64,000 nt of DNA, taken from contig OX597816.1 of the NCBI GenBank assembly GCA_951406725.2, forward strand, positions 13,764,001 to 13,828,000, written 5' to 3'. This DNA comes from Octopus vulgaris (lineage: Eukaryota). The position numbers and the translations under genes were made by a program. Position 1 is the stretch's first letter. The number at the start of each line of letters is the position of its first letter. Below, one piece after another: positions 1 through 10,761 of the stretch. The notes below the pieces were generated by a model. The model was not told the origin of the DNA. It ran no database searches and was given only the letters and a program-made list of their open reading frames with translations.

Positions 1-189
1 TTTTCAAAAGTCTTGAATTAAAATCTTCCACCAAACCTTAGTCACAATTTATGTTCCTAACACCAGCTGAACGATAACTAAGTTATTTCATTAAATTCTT
101 TGTTATATTTAAAATTAATTGAAAGAAACACAGAGCATCTCAAAATAAATATAGTAACAAAAGGGATAAAGTCACTATGATATTTTTAA

Positions 190-411
190 CCCTTTTGTTA
201 CCAACCCAGCTGAAACCACCTCTGGCTCTGTAGTACAAATGTCTTGTTTCCATAAATTCTAAATTAAAATCTTCCACCAAACCTTAGTCACAATTTATGT
301 TCCTAACACTAGTTTAATGATAACTAAGTTATTTAACTAAATTCTTTGTTATATTTAAAATTAATTGAAAGAAATATAGAGCATCTCAAAATAAATACAG
401 TAACGAAAGGG
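190..411. mobile_element. piggyBac-type MITE (about 220 bp)
   Basis: TTAA|CCCTTTTGTTAC...GTAACGAAAGGG|TTAA. Other copies are at 1-165 (partial), 8471-8691, 8723-10412 (split) and 22540-23189 (split). Confidence 0.88.
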
Positions 412-740
412 TTAATGTCCCCTTTTTCATGATCACATGGGTCAGGTAGAGCAGGATTCATCAAGGTAGACGATTTCATGGTTAAATACCTTTTCTGTCA
501 CCAACCTTCACTCGTATCCAACAAAGGCAATAATACTTCACGGCCAGACATGTCTTCAGGGAAGATTGGAAATAAAATATATCTCGTATATGATGGATGA
601 AGACACTGATTTACTTCAATGACAAAATGTCAGGATAAGGTGGCACAAACAGTGCCATTCTAGCAACAGAAAGACTTTCTTGAGAAGTTAAAGGATTATT
701 TAAAAAGAGAAAAAGTAGGAGAAAGCTTAGCAGAAATTAC

Positions 741-902
741 CTTTGCATAATCAAACATTCGGAGATCCGAAAACATAGACATTGCTCTGTGTTCTTGGCC
801 AGCTTTCTTGTAGAGTTTGGCTGCTTCTTGGAATTTCCCTTTGTGAGCATAAATATCAGCAAGGAACACAAGATTATCGGTTTCTCCACATTTCCTTCGA
901 TC
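741..902 (-). CDS. IFT122: IFT122 internal exon (162 nt): DRRKCGETDNLVFLADIYAHKGKFQEAAKLYKKAGQEHRAMSMFSDLRMFDYAK
   Basis: Acceptor ttacag, donor gtaatt. Matches [31 protein letters not shown]...MYTDLCMFEYAK. The gene continues beyond both window ends. Confidence 0.96.
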
Positions 903-954
903 CTGTAAGTTTATATCAAGATGTGCATCAATGAATGGATGTATGTGCAAATAC

Positions 955-1001
<47 letters not shown>

Positions 1002-1096
1002 ATGTATATATGTATATGTATATATAGATATGTATGTATGTATGTATGTATGTATGCATGTATGTATATGTATATATGTATGTATTTATGTATATG

Positions 1097-1127
<31 letters not shown>

Positions 1128-1362
1128 ATATATACATGCATATATATATATATGCATATATTTATGTACATAGGGTTCAAATCCAACTTGTGTATATCTA
1201 TATATATACAAATATATAATAAGCGTGTATGAATATATATGTATGGGTATATGTATATGTGTAAATGTGTATATATATAAACAATTGCAGCGTGGAAGGT
1301 GTTGGTAAGCAATTTAAGAAACACACCAAAGCCATTCGATTCACTTCAACATTTAAGTTTAA

Positions 1363-1413
1363 TTTGTCAAAATATTTTCGTCGCTTTAAGACCGCGACCT
1401 GTTCACTGACAAA
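1363..1413 (-). ncRNA. Minimal type-I hammerhead-like motif, G3-C8 variant
   Basis: TTTGTCA-GTGAACA-G-GTCGC(ggtcttaaa)GCGAC-GAAA-ATAT-TT-TGACAAA: 7-bp stem I, 5-bp stem II and a palindromic loop III. Confidence 0.7.
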
Positions 1414-1588
1414 AATCCGTGCTGCATCTGAGAAAGTAACGGTTAGTTCGTTATATATATGTACGTATGTATGTGTGTATGTATGTATACACGCATGTAT
1501 GCATGCATGCATGTATGTATGTATGTACGTACGTATGTACGCCTGTATGTATGTATCAAATCACTTGCTATGCAAGTACATCTCCGTA

Positions 1589-1631
<43 letters not shown>

Positions 1632-2207
1632 TTCAGATATGGACACAGATTTATATATGTACAAATATATATACATATATACATACACATGCACACACAC
1701 ACACACATACCCACACAACACATAACAGACTAAACAAATACAGACAATGAAAGATAAATACCCCAGACTAAATTTTCACAGTAATATTCTGTTAGTATGT
1801 CAACATTTTAGTTAAAGATGTGTTAACAATTATAACTGCAGGTCAACTAAATAGTTTAGATTAATATTTTAGCTAATCAAGTTGTGTATGAATTTAATTA
1901 CAACATAGTGAATTGTGTAGCCAACTAGGTTAGACTATAAATTAAGTTTAGGTCTACCAGACACATAAAAATGAAAAAAGTAAACTAATCTCTTTTTTTT
2001 CAAATTTTAGTTTCAAATTTTAGTCCTGGACAAACTAAATGGTAGTAATTAACATTTTTCATTTCCTTAGACGAAGATCTGGTTTAGCAATCAGGTCACT
2101 AATTTGCATAAGTCTGACATGGCTGTGGAAATTGCTTTTGGAAATAGCATTCACATTTGAAGAATTTCAGTGATGCTTTTAGAGAAAATTTTTTTTTTAA
2201 TCAATAG

Positions 2208-2244
<37 letters not shown>

Positions 2245-3091
2245 TTAATGCCCTCTTTTCCATGCTTGCATGGGTCAGATGCAGTTGAGTGAAGCTGATT
2301 TTCTACAGTTAGATACCCTCCCTATTACCAACACCCCCACCTGATTCCAAGCAAGATAATATCCATCCCCCAAGGCCAAATATACTCTTTACTCATTTAC
2401 TTGTTTCAGTCATTTGACTGTGGGCCATGCTGGAGCACCACCTTTAGTCAAGCAAATCGACCCCAAGATTTATTCTTCGTAAGCCTAGTACTTATGCTAT
2501 CTGTCTCTTTTTGCCGAACCGCTAAGTTACAGTGATATAAACACACCAACGCACACACTCACATACACACACACACACACGGTTATCAAGCGATGGTGGG
2601 GGGGACAAACACAGACACACAAACCCACACACACACACACACACACACGCACACACACACACAGATATATATATAACCAGCATCAGTTGTCAAGCGATGT
2701 TTGGGGAACAGACAGACACACACACATTTACACATACGTACATATATATATATATACATATACACGATGGGCTTCTTTCAGTTTCCATCTACCAAATCCA
2801 CTCACAAGGCTTTGGTCAGCCTGAGGCTATAGTAGAAGATACTTGCCCAAGGTGCCACACAGTGGGACTGAACCCAGAACCATGTGGTTGGTAAGCAAGC
2901 TACTTACCACACAGCCACTCCTTACAAAGAATATTGGAAACGGAAGCATTTCTTGCATGACAGCAACATTCATTCACAACTATCACCCAGTATCCAGATA
3001 AGGAGACACACCCACGAACATTACACACTCATATACATACAGACATATGTACATACAAATGTATGTACATACATACATACAATTTTTTTTA

Positions 3092-3395
3092 TTTATGTGC
3101 CCTTTTCAAGCCTAGCCAGGCTCATGGGCCCGGTTTCCCGGTTTCTGTGGCATATGTGTTACCCCCAGCTGGATGGGACGCCAGTCCATCGCAGCGTTAC
3201 TCAAGAAACAGGAAGAGAGAGTGAGAGAAAGTCGGAGCAAAAGAGTACAACAGAGTCGCCACCACCCCCTGCTGGAGCCTTCATGGAGCTTTAGGTGCTT
3301 TTGCTCAATAAACACACACAATGCCGGGTATGGGAATCGAAACCGCAATCCTCCGACCACAAGTCCACTGCCCTAACCACTGGCCATTGTGCCTC
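3092..3395 (-). mobile_element. tRNA-derived SINE, family C
   Basis: Head GGAGGCACAATGGCCAGTGGTTAGGG...GGTTTCGATTCCC. The same head occurs at 48699, and the 3' half is shared with 33363-33612. Confidence 0.75.
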
Positions 3396-3417
3396 CACAC
3401 ATACATACATACATACA

Positions 3418-3775
3418 ACACACTGCCTAAATGCCAATCTTGAGAAATTAGGCTTCTCAAAACCAGAAAGGAGAAAGCTAATCCGAAGACTACAGATCCA
3501 ATCCATCATTAGAACTGTAAAAATTTGCAAAACTTTCCAGAAGTTTATCATTTAGATATATATGATCATGTCTAGATATGCAAGTATATGCATGAGAATG
3601 CATACATAAAACAAAACATATAAAACTGCACATATACATACATACATACATACATACATACAAACAATAATACCCTGTTGTTGATGTTGAAATTCCAATG
3701 ACGGAACCTTGGATCTAGGTTAGAAAGCAGTTCTTTCTCTATTGGCAAGAAATCTTGAAATAAAACTGAACAATG
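3418..3775 (+). mobile_element. Probable 3' end of another RLE-type LINE, in a (CATA)n tract
   Basis: The C-terminal peptide LEKLGFSK...LQIQSIIRTVKICKTFQKF* is followed by a UTR ending GAAATAAAACTGAA, similar to the Dong-like tail. Flanked by CATA repeats. Confidence 0.5.
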
Positions 3776-4236
3776 ACATTCATACACACATTCATACAAA
3801 CAAACAAACAAGCAAACAAACACTGGGCTTCTTTCAGTTTCCATCTACCAAATCCACTAACAGGTCTTTAGCTGGCTCGAGACCATAATAGAAGACATTT
3901 GCCCACAGTGCCACACATTGGGATTGAACTTAAAACTCCTTGAGCACACACCTTGACCATATAATCACACTACAAGATATTGCATTGCACTAAGGTGGCA
4001 AGCTGACGAAATCATTAGCACACAGGGCAAAATGCTTAGCAGTATTTTGTCCATTTATCGCATTTTCTGAGTTCAAATTCCACCAAGGTCAACTTTGCCA
4101 TTCGTCTTTTCAGATTGAACACAGGGGTCAGCATAACTGATTTACTTCCCAACCCCCCAAAACTGCTGGCCTTGTGCTAAAATTTGAAACCATATATTAC
4201 ATAGCACCTGTATTCACACCACCATATATTACAATG

Positions 4237-4721
4237 CATGACCTGACTTTTTGTCCGATGTCACTTTGTTTCACATCACTTCGTCCATGTCTTTTGGTCT
4301 GACGTCTTTTTGTCCAATGATTTCTTTTGACCAACGATTTTTTGTTGATGTTTAAAAAAACTCCTTAGAAAACAAGGTGAACATCAAAATCAAATAACTA
4401 TTGAGAATTTTATTGATAGTATTTGTCGTTGGACAAAAAAATCATTGGACATAAAGATGTTGGACGAAAAGATGTTTGACGAAGTGACATCAAACAAAAA
4501 GACATTTGACAAAGTGACGTCAAACGAAAAGATGTTTAACAAAGTGACGTTAGACGAAAAGACGTTTGACGAAGTGACATCAGATGAAAAGACGTTTGAC
4601 GAAGTGATGTCAAACGAAAAGATGTTTGACGAAGTGATGTCAAACGAAAAGATGTTTGATGAAGTGACGTCAGAGGAAAAGACGTTTAACGAAATGACGT
4701 CAGATGAAAAGACATGACACC
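4237..4721. mobile_element. Foldback/Mutator-like non-autonomous element with arms built from 15/30-bp subrepeats
   Basis: A 9-bp direct repeat ATTACAATG lies at 4228-4236 and 4722-4730. The left arm is a degenerate reverse complement of the right-arm array GACGAAAAGACGTTTGACGAAGTGACGTCA. Confidence 0.7.
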
Positions 4722-4778
4722 ATTACAATGAAAGAAGCTAAGAGAAATTTCATTAAACAATGTGACAGAAATATCAAC

Positions 4779-4932
4779 CTCAATATTCTGTATTAATTCC
4801 AAATAAGGATAATTCTGGGAGTGTATGAATGCTTTCTTGGCCGTGTCCAAATCTAGAGCCTCCAGTGACTGCTGTCCAAGGACGTCCCAATCTGTATCAG
4901 TTACACCAAGGCAGGCAATGTTGCAGGCTTCT
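4779..4932 (-). CDS. IFT122: IFT122 internal exon (154 nt): (L)[51 protein letters not shown]
   Basis: Acceptor ttccacag, weak donor gttgat. Matches [15 protein letters not shown]...TAKKAFI...YLELISSIE. Not in the ORF track. Confidence 0.95.
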
Positions 4933-5229
4933 CTGTGGAAAGGAAAAGAAAAGGAACAGGTGTAATATATGGGAAAGAAATTATTAAAATCTACCTTTGA
5001 AATAAATAGCCATGATACGGGTGTTTGTGTCTAAGTGTTGTGACTACATGTGCATGCATGAATGTGATTGTGTTTGTGTGTGTTTATGTGTGTGTGTGTG
5101 TTTGTGTGTATGTGTGTGTTTGTGTGTGCATGTGTTCATATGTCTAAGTGTTGTGAGTACATGTGCATGCATGAAATGTGTGATGTGTGTGTGTGTTTTT
5201 GTAGGTGTTTGCTTATGCGTGTGTGTGTA

Positions 5230-5266
<37 letters not shown>

Positions 5267-5509
5267 ATGCGTTCATGTGTCTAAGTACCTCTGCATGCAT
5301 GAATGTGTGTGTGTCTTTGCATGCATGAATGGGTGTGTGTGTGTTTGCATGCATGTATCTGCATGTGTGTGTGTGTAGGTGCACACGTCTGAGTGTGTTT
5401 GTATGTTTATGTGTCTAAGGGCTAAGAGTGCATGTCCTATATGAATGTGTGGGTGTGTGTATGTGTGCGATATATGTGTGGGATATACACAGAAAGTACA
5501 TAATTACAA

Positions 5510-5556
<47 letters not shown>

Positions 5557-5996
5557 ACATACTCACTGCATGAACACTTGATGTGGTTATAGAGTCAAGT
5601 TTTGACTGCTATCTCTAGCATGGTGGTATCTTTTAGATACGCTTAATTATAATTATATATATATATATAATTACATATATATATGTGTGTGTGTATGCAT
5701 GTATGTATAAGTGTGTGTGTGTGTGGTGTGTGTGTGTATGGATGTGTGTGCCCTTGTTTATACAGCATATAAGGGTTGTACATAAGCATCATCATTGTAC
5801 AAGCAAGGTTATTCGTTTCCAGTTTCCCTGAGATAAAAAAAAAAAGTGCCTTGCGATGGGAAAATGTTAACTTGCATGGTTACAAATAAGGTTTGTTGAC
5901 AGACCATAGGGCATCAGACCCTAAAAAGAATCTGTCTCAAACAAATTCTGTTTGACCCTATGCAAGCAGGAAAAAAAGTGGACATTATGTGAGTCT

Positions 5997-6029
<33 letters not shown>

Positions 6030-8470
6030 GCTTAAATTTGTTTCTTTAGCTAACAAGACTTTATTTTAACATGCTTTTCTCACAAACGAGGGAGAGAGAC
6101 AGAAAGAAAGAAAGAATGAAGGAAAGAAGGAAGGAAGGAAGGTGGAGGCTGGATTGATTTGAATCAAATAAAACTTATGACTAAGCATCAACAGAATGCA
6201 GATTAGTAGTTAGGTCGCGTAATTTGCACATGGGGAAAATAAACTGCTTTCTTTTCTATCCTCCACTTTCCGTGTTGCATTTGAAGTATCGCTGATTATC
6301 CAGCCTGATCGTCTCAGAACTACGGTGATGTTCTGGAATCTACCTGGTAATTACAATTGATATTCTCAAATTTCAATCCCATTTCCGAAGATATACGGTG
6401 CATCTTAGAACTATTATTGAACTCTGTTTCCAAACAAAATGGCATTATGTACGGATGATTTATGCCTGTTGGGGCCACAAGGGTCACGTGTTTGCTGTAA
6501 GAATTGCTTTCTTTCCTCGAGAAATGTGCAATTCCCTAATTGTTCTAGAGAGCCTGATTGCAAAATCAATACCATTTCCCATTTCATGATGGAATTAGAA
6601 AGGGCATCTACTGCAAGGCACACAAATAAATATGCATAAATAAATATAAAGAGAATTCCAGAAAATTCTATGGAAACACTAATTATTGTGTTACATGTTA
6701 TTTCCAATGTAGTTTTCTACACCATAAGAGCTTGAAATTCAAAAGGTTTGCGTGGTTGTGTGGTAAGAGACTTGCTTTCCAACCACATGATTCTGGGTTC
6801 AGTTCCACAGCATGGCACCTTGGGCAAAGTTTTCTACTCTAGCCTTGGGCCAATCAAAGCCCAGTGAGTAGATTTGGTATATGGAAACTGAAAGAAGCTT
6901 GTCATATATGTGTGATTGTGGTGTGTTGTGTGTGACTTTGTGTGTCTGTTCGTCCTCCACCTACGGTGTTGTTGTATTTATGTCCCTGTAACTTAGGCAT
7001 CCAACAAATTAGGCCACCAGAATAAGAACACCAGACAAGTACTGGTGTCAGTTCCTTTAACTAAAATTCTTCCTCAGTTTGACTGAGGGTTAGCAAGCCA
7101 GAAGGCTGCAGCAGGCTCTATTCTTATCTGGCAAAGTTTCTACAGCTGGATGCCCTTCCTAATGCCAACCACTCCGAGAGTGTAGTGGTTACTTTTAACT
7201 TGCCACTGGCATGAAGGCCAGCCAGGCGGTACTGGCATTGACCACGCTTGAATAGTCCTTTTCACGTGCCACCAGCATGGGAGTCAGTCAGGCGGTACTG
7301 GCATCGACCACACTTGAATGGTGCTTTTTACATGTCACCTGCACAGGAGCCAGTCAGGTGGCACTGGCATTGACCATGGTCCAATGGTGCTTTTTATGTG
7401 CCACCGGCACAGGAGCCAGTCAGGTGGCACTGGCATCGACCATGCTCAAATGGTGCTTCTTACATTCTAGCAGCACAGGGAGCCGGTCAGGTAACTGAAA
7501 CAAATAAAAACTAAAAAATAACAACTACAATTTCTACTACATTTTTTAAGGGTCAAATGTTTTATCTTTGATTTTTTTACTTCTTTCTTATGCTGGACAG
7601 TGGCCATGCTGGGGCACTGCCCTGAAGGTTTTGATAACACAAATTAATCCCAGGACTTATCTTTAAGTTTGGTACTGTATTCTCTTGTCTTTATTCTATA
7701 ATTTTCCTTTGCTAAGCTGCTACATTACAGGGATGCAAACAAACCAACATTGGTAATCAATTGGAGCACAAACTCACAAACACACACACACACACACATG
7801 CAGGCACACACATATACACTTCATCATCATCATCATCATCATCATTGTCATTTAACATCCACTTTCCCATGCTTGCATGGGTCAGAAAGAATTTTCTTTA
7901 GCAGGAAGATGTCTCTGTCCCCCAATCCTCATGTCCCCCACATTTCTCCATGGACAGACGTGTCTTTTTCTCATGGAAGACTTGAAAAGAACGACATCAC
8001 TTGTATCAGAGCGACGCTCTTTTTACGACCACCATGTGATGTCAGGACAATAACACGCAAGCATATCATTGTCATCATCACCACTGCCACCACCATCACC
8101 ATCACTGCCACCGCCACCACCACCACCGCCACCAACATCATCCTCATCACCATCATCATCACCACCACCAGCACTACCACCATCGTTTAACATCCATTTT
8201 CCATGCTGGTATGGGTTGGACAGTTTGACAAGAGCTAGCAGGCCTGAGAGCTCATACCAGGCTTCTATTGCCAGCTTTGACATGGTTTCTACAGCTAAAT
8301 GCCCTTCTTAATACCAACCACTTTACAGAGTGTTCTGGGAGCATTCTTACGTAGCACCAGCAGGGGAACTTTTTACAATAGGCTGCTTTCAATTCCAGTC
8401 TGCCAAATCCACTCACAAGGCTTTGGTTAGTAAGAGGATTCCCCATAGTTTCTGCTTTTCAAATTCACAA

Positions 8471-8691
8471 CCCTTTCGTTACCAACCTGGCTGAAACTGG
8501 CCCTGACTCTGAGTACAAATGTCTTGTTTACATAAATTTTTAATTAAAATTTTCCACTAAACCTTAGTCACAGTTTATGTTCGTAACACTAGCTTAATGA
8601 TAACTAAGTTATTTTACTAAATTCTTTGTTATATTTATAATTAATTGAAAGAATCACAGAGCATCTCAACAGAAATATGTTGACAGAAGGG
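8471..8691. mobile_element. piggyBac-type MITE copy
   Basis: CCCTTTCGTTAC...GAAGGG|TTAA, with a body collinear with 190-411. Confidence 0.85.
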
Positions 8692-8771
8692 TTAAAATAT
8701 ATAATAGAGAAATAATACTTAACCTTTTTGATACCAACCCAACTGAAACCAGCTCTGGCTCTGAGTACAAA

Positions 8772-10266
8772 GGCACTTCCTTTTACACCAGCTTTCTATT
8801 TTCTTCCAGTGCTGTCTTAACAATGGTGCTACTCCGGAGCAGTGGAAAACTGCCAGTGTCATTCCTCTGTTCAAAAAGGGTGACCGCACATCACCTGTCA
8901 ACTATCGCCCAGTCAGTCTCACTAGCTGTATTGCAAAACTGATGGAATCATGTGTCAGAGAAACACTCTGGAACTTCTGGAGCTCTCACAGTCTCATCCG
9001 ACCCTCACAATATGGATTTGTCCCTAACTCCAGCTGCAGTGACCAGCTTGTCGAGTTCCTTGAGGACATTACTCAGATCACTGACAGTGGCTCATGGGTG
9101 GATGTTGTCTACCTTGACTTTGCTAAGGCTTTCAACTCTGTGCCACACAAAAGGCTTATGGTGAAACTCTCTGCAATGGGTGTGGGGGATGACCTTTTTA
9201 ACTGGTTGAAATCCTTCATCCTCAGCCGAAAGGAGGTAGTCACAGTTCTAGGACAGCACTCTACACCATATGAGATGTCATCGGGTGTACCACAGGGATC
9301 TGTCCTTGGTCCCCTCCTGTTTGTGGCATACATTAATAACATAGATGCCAATTTAAAGAATGCCACAGTATTGAAATATGCAGACAACATCAAGCTGTAC
9401 CTTGAAATCAAGAGGACTGATCCTGATGTCTACAACTCTTTCCTGCAATCAGACCTAGACACAATGCAGCAATGGATCACAGACTGGCAACTGAAACTGG
9501 CTGTGGACAAGTGTACCACCATGCATTTTGGGAGAAAAAACCCTGCGTCCACATACTCCCTCCACAACTCTGATATCAAGAAATCCTCTTGCGAGCGTGA
9601 CCTAGGCATCACTGTCAGCAGTGATTTGCGTTGAACAAAGCATATCTCTAAAATTGTCAAGAAGGCCGAGGGTGTCTTGGCATCACTCAGCAAGACTTTT
9701 GTTAGCCGCTCTCCAGCCATCTATTTAAAACTGTATACAGCTATGGTACGACCACACTTGGAATTCGCATCATCAGTTTGGAATCCCTATCTTGCTCAGA
9801 ACATTGACCTCCTGGAATCTGTTCAGAGACGTGCAACCAAACGCATACCCTCCATCAGACACCTACCATATTCTGAGCGCCTTGTTTCCCTGGGCATGGA
9901 TTCACTGAAGCTCCGGCGTCTGGCGACGGACTTGGTAAACACCCACAAGGTTATCAACCGCCTCACCAACAACAACACTGAACACCTTTTTGATCTCCAT
10001 GTGTCTAACACACGTGGACATGCCTACAAAGTCAGAAAACAACACAGCTCCCATGACTTTCGGAAACATTTTTTCACGCTCAGAGTTGCTGAAGCATGGA
10101 ATAAACTGCCTGCGTCAGTTGTTGACTGCCATGACACTGCATCCTTTAAGGCCCTCATGCTTTCCGAAATCTGCCGAAACTACACCTGATTATATATACA
10201 CTTTAGATGAGTTGTAGTGCACCTGAGCACTGTACACAATTATTATTATTATTATTATTATTATTA
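8772..10266 (+). mobile_element. 5'-truncated CR1-clade LINE (reverse transcriptase and C-terminus)
   Basis: One frame runs WKTASVIPLFKKGDR...NYRPVSLTS...YLDFAKAF...GVPQGSVLGP...YADN...VRPHLEFASSVWNP...LESVQRRATK...FFTLRVAEAWNKLP. It has one premature TGA (9632-9634), a YADD>YADN change, a short 3' UTR and an (ATT)n tail. Confidence 0.93.
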
Positions 10267-10642
10267 TAAAATCTTCCACCAAACCTTAGTCACAATATAT
10301 GTTCCTAACACTAGATGAATGAGAACTAAGTTATTTTACTAAATTCTTTGCTATATTTAAAGTACCTGAAATAAACACAGAGCATCTCAAAATAAATACA
10401 GTAATGAAAGGTTTAAGAAGACATAGGTCAGGCCAGGACTTGCTTGAGATGCACACGTTGGGATCGAACCCAAAATCACAGTTTCAAAGCAAGATTATTA
10501 ACCACACAGCCAAGTGTGCATCTAAATACAATACCTAAACATATCCGTTTTTCATAGCTCAGATACCTTGTGCAATCAAAGATGTAAAAACAAAAAACAA
10601 AAAACAGGAAAAAAAAACATGAAAAAAAGATGTAAAACTCAC

Positions 10643-10761
10643 AAATACAGCTTCTTTTCCACATACTGGTACATCGGCGCTGAGAGCGGAACATCTATTG
10701 TAGTTATGGCATTCATTTTAAGAGTGAAGATTCTCGAACCAGAAAAACCAACTACGAATCC
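10643..10761 (-). CDS. IFT122: IFT122 internal exon (119 nt): GFVVGFSGSRIFTLKMNAITTIDVPLSAPMYQYVEKKLY+TT
   Basis: Acceptor ttcag, donor gtgagt. Matches GFVVGYNGSKIFCLH...VPQSAPMYQYL. Phase-2 end. Confidence 0.95.

Noticed and set aside
911-1750. Many YI/HT/CV-rich ORFs here and throughout the window
   Set aside because: Translations of (TA)n, (CA)n and (TATG)n microsatellites.
4445-4717. 90-aa ORF with a DEKTFDEVTS repeat
   Set aside because: It is the 30-bp subrepeat arm of the Foldback-like element.
6414-6707. Minus-strand ORF with an AG acceptor as an extra IFT122 exon
   Set aside because: The flanking exons already join in frame with no gap relative to IFT122, and the peptide has no similarity and runs into a stop.
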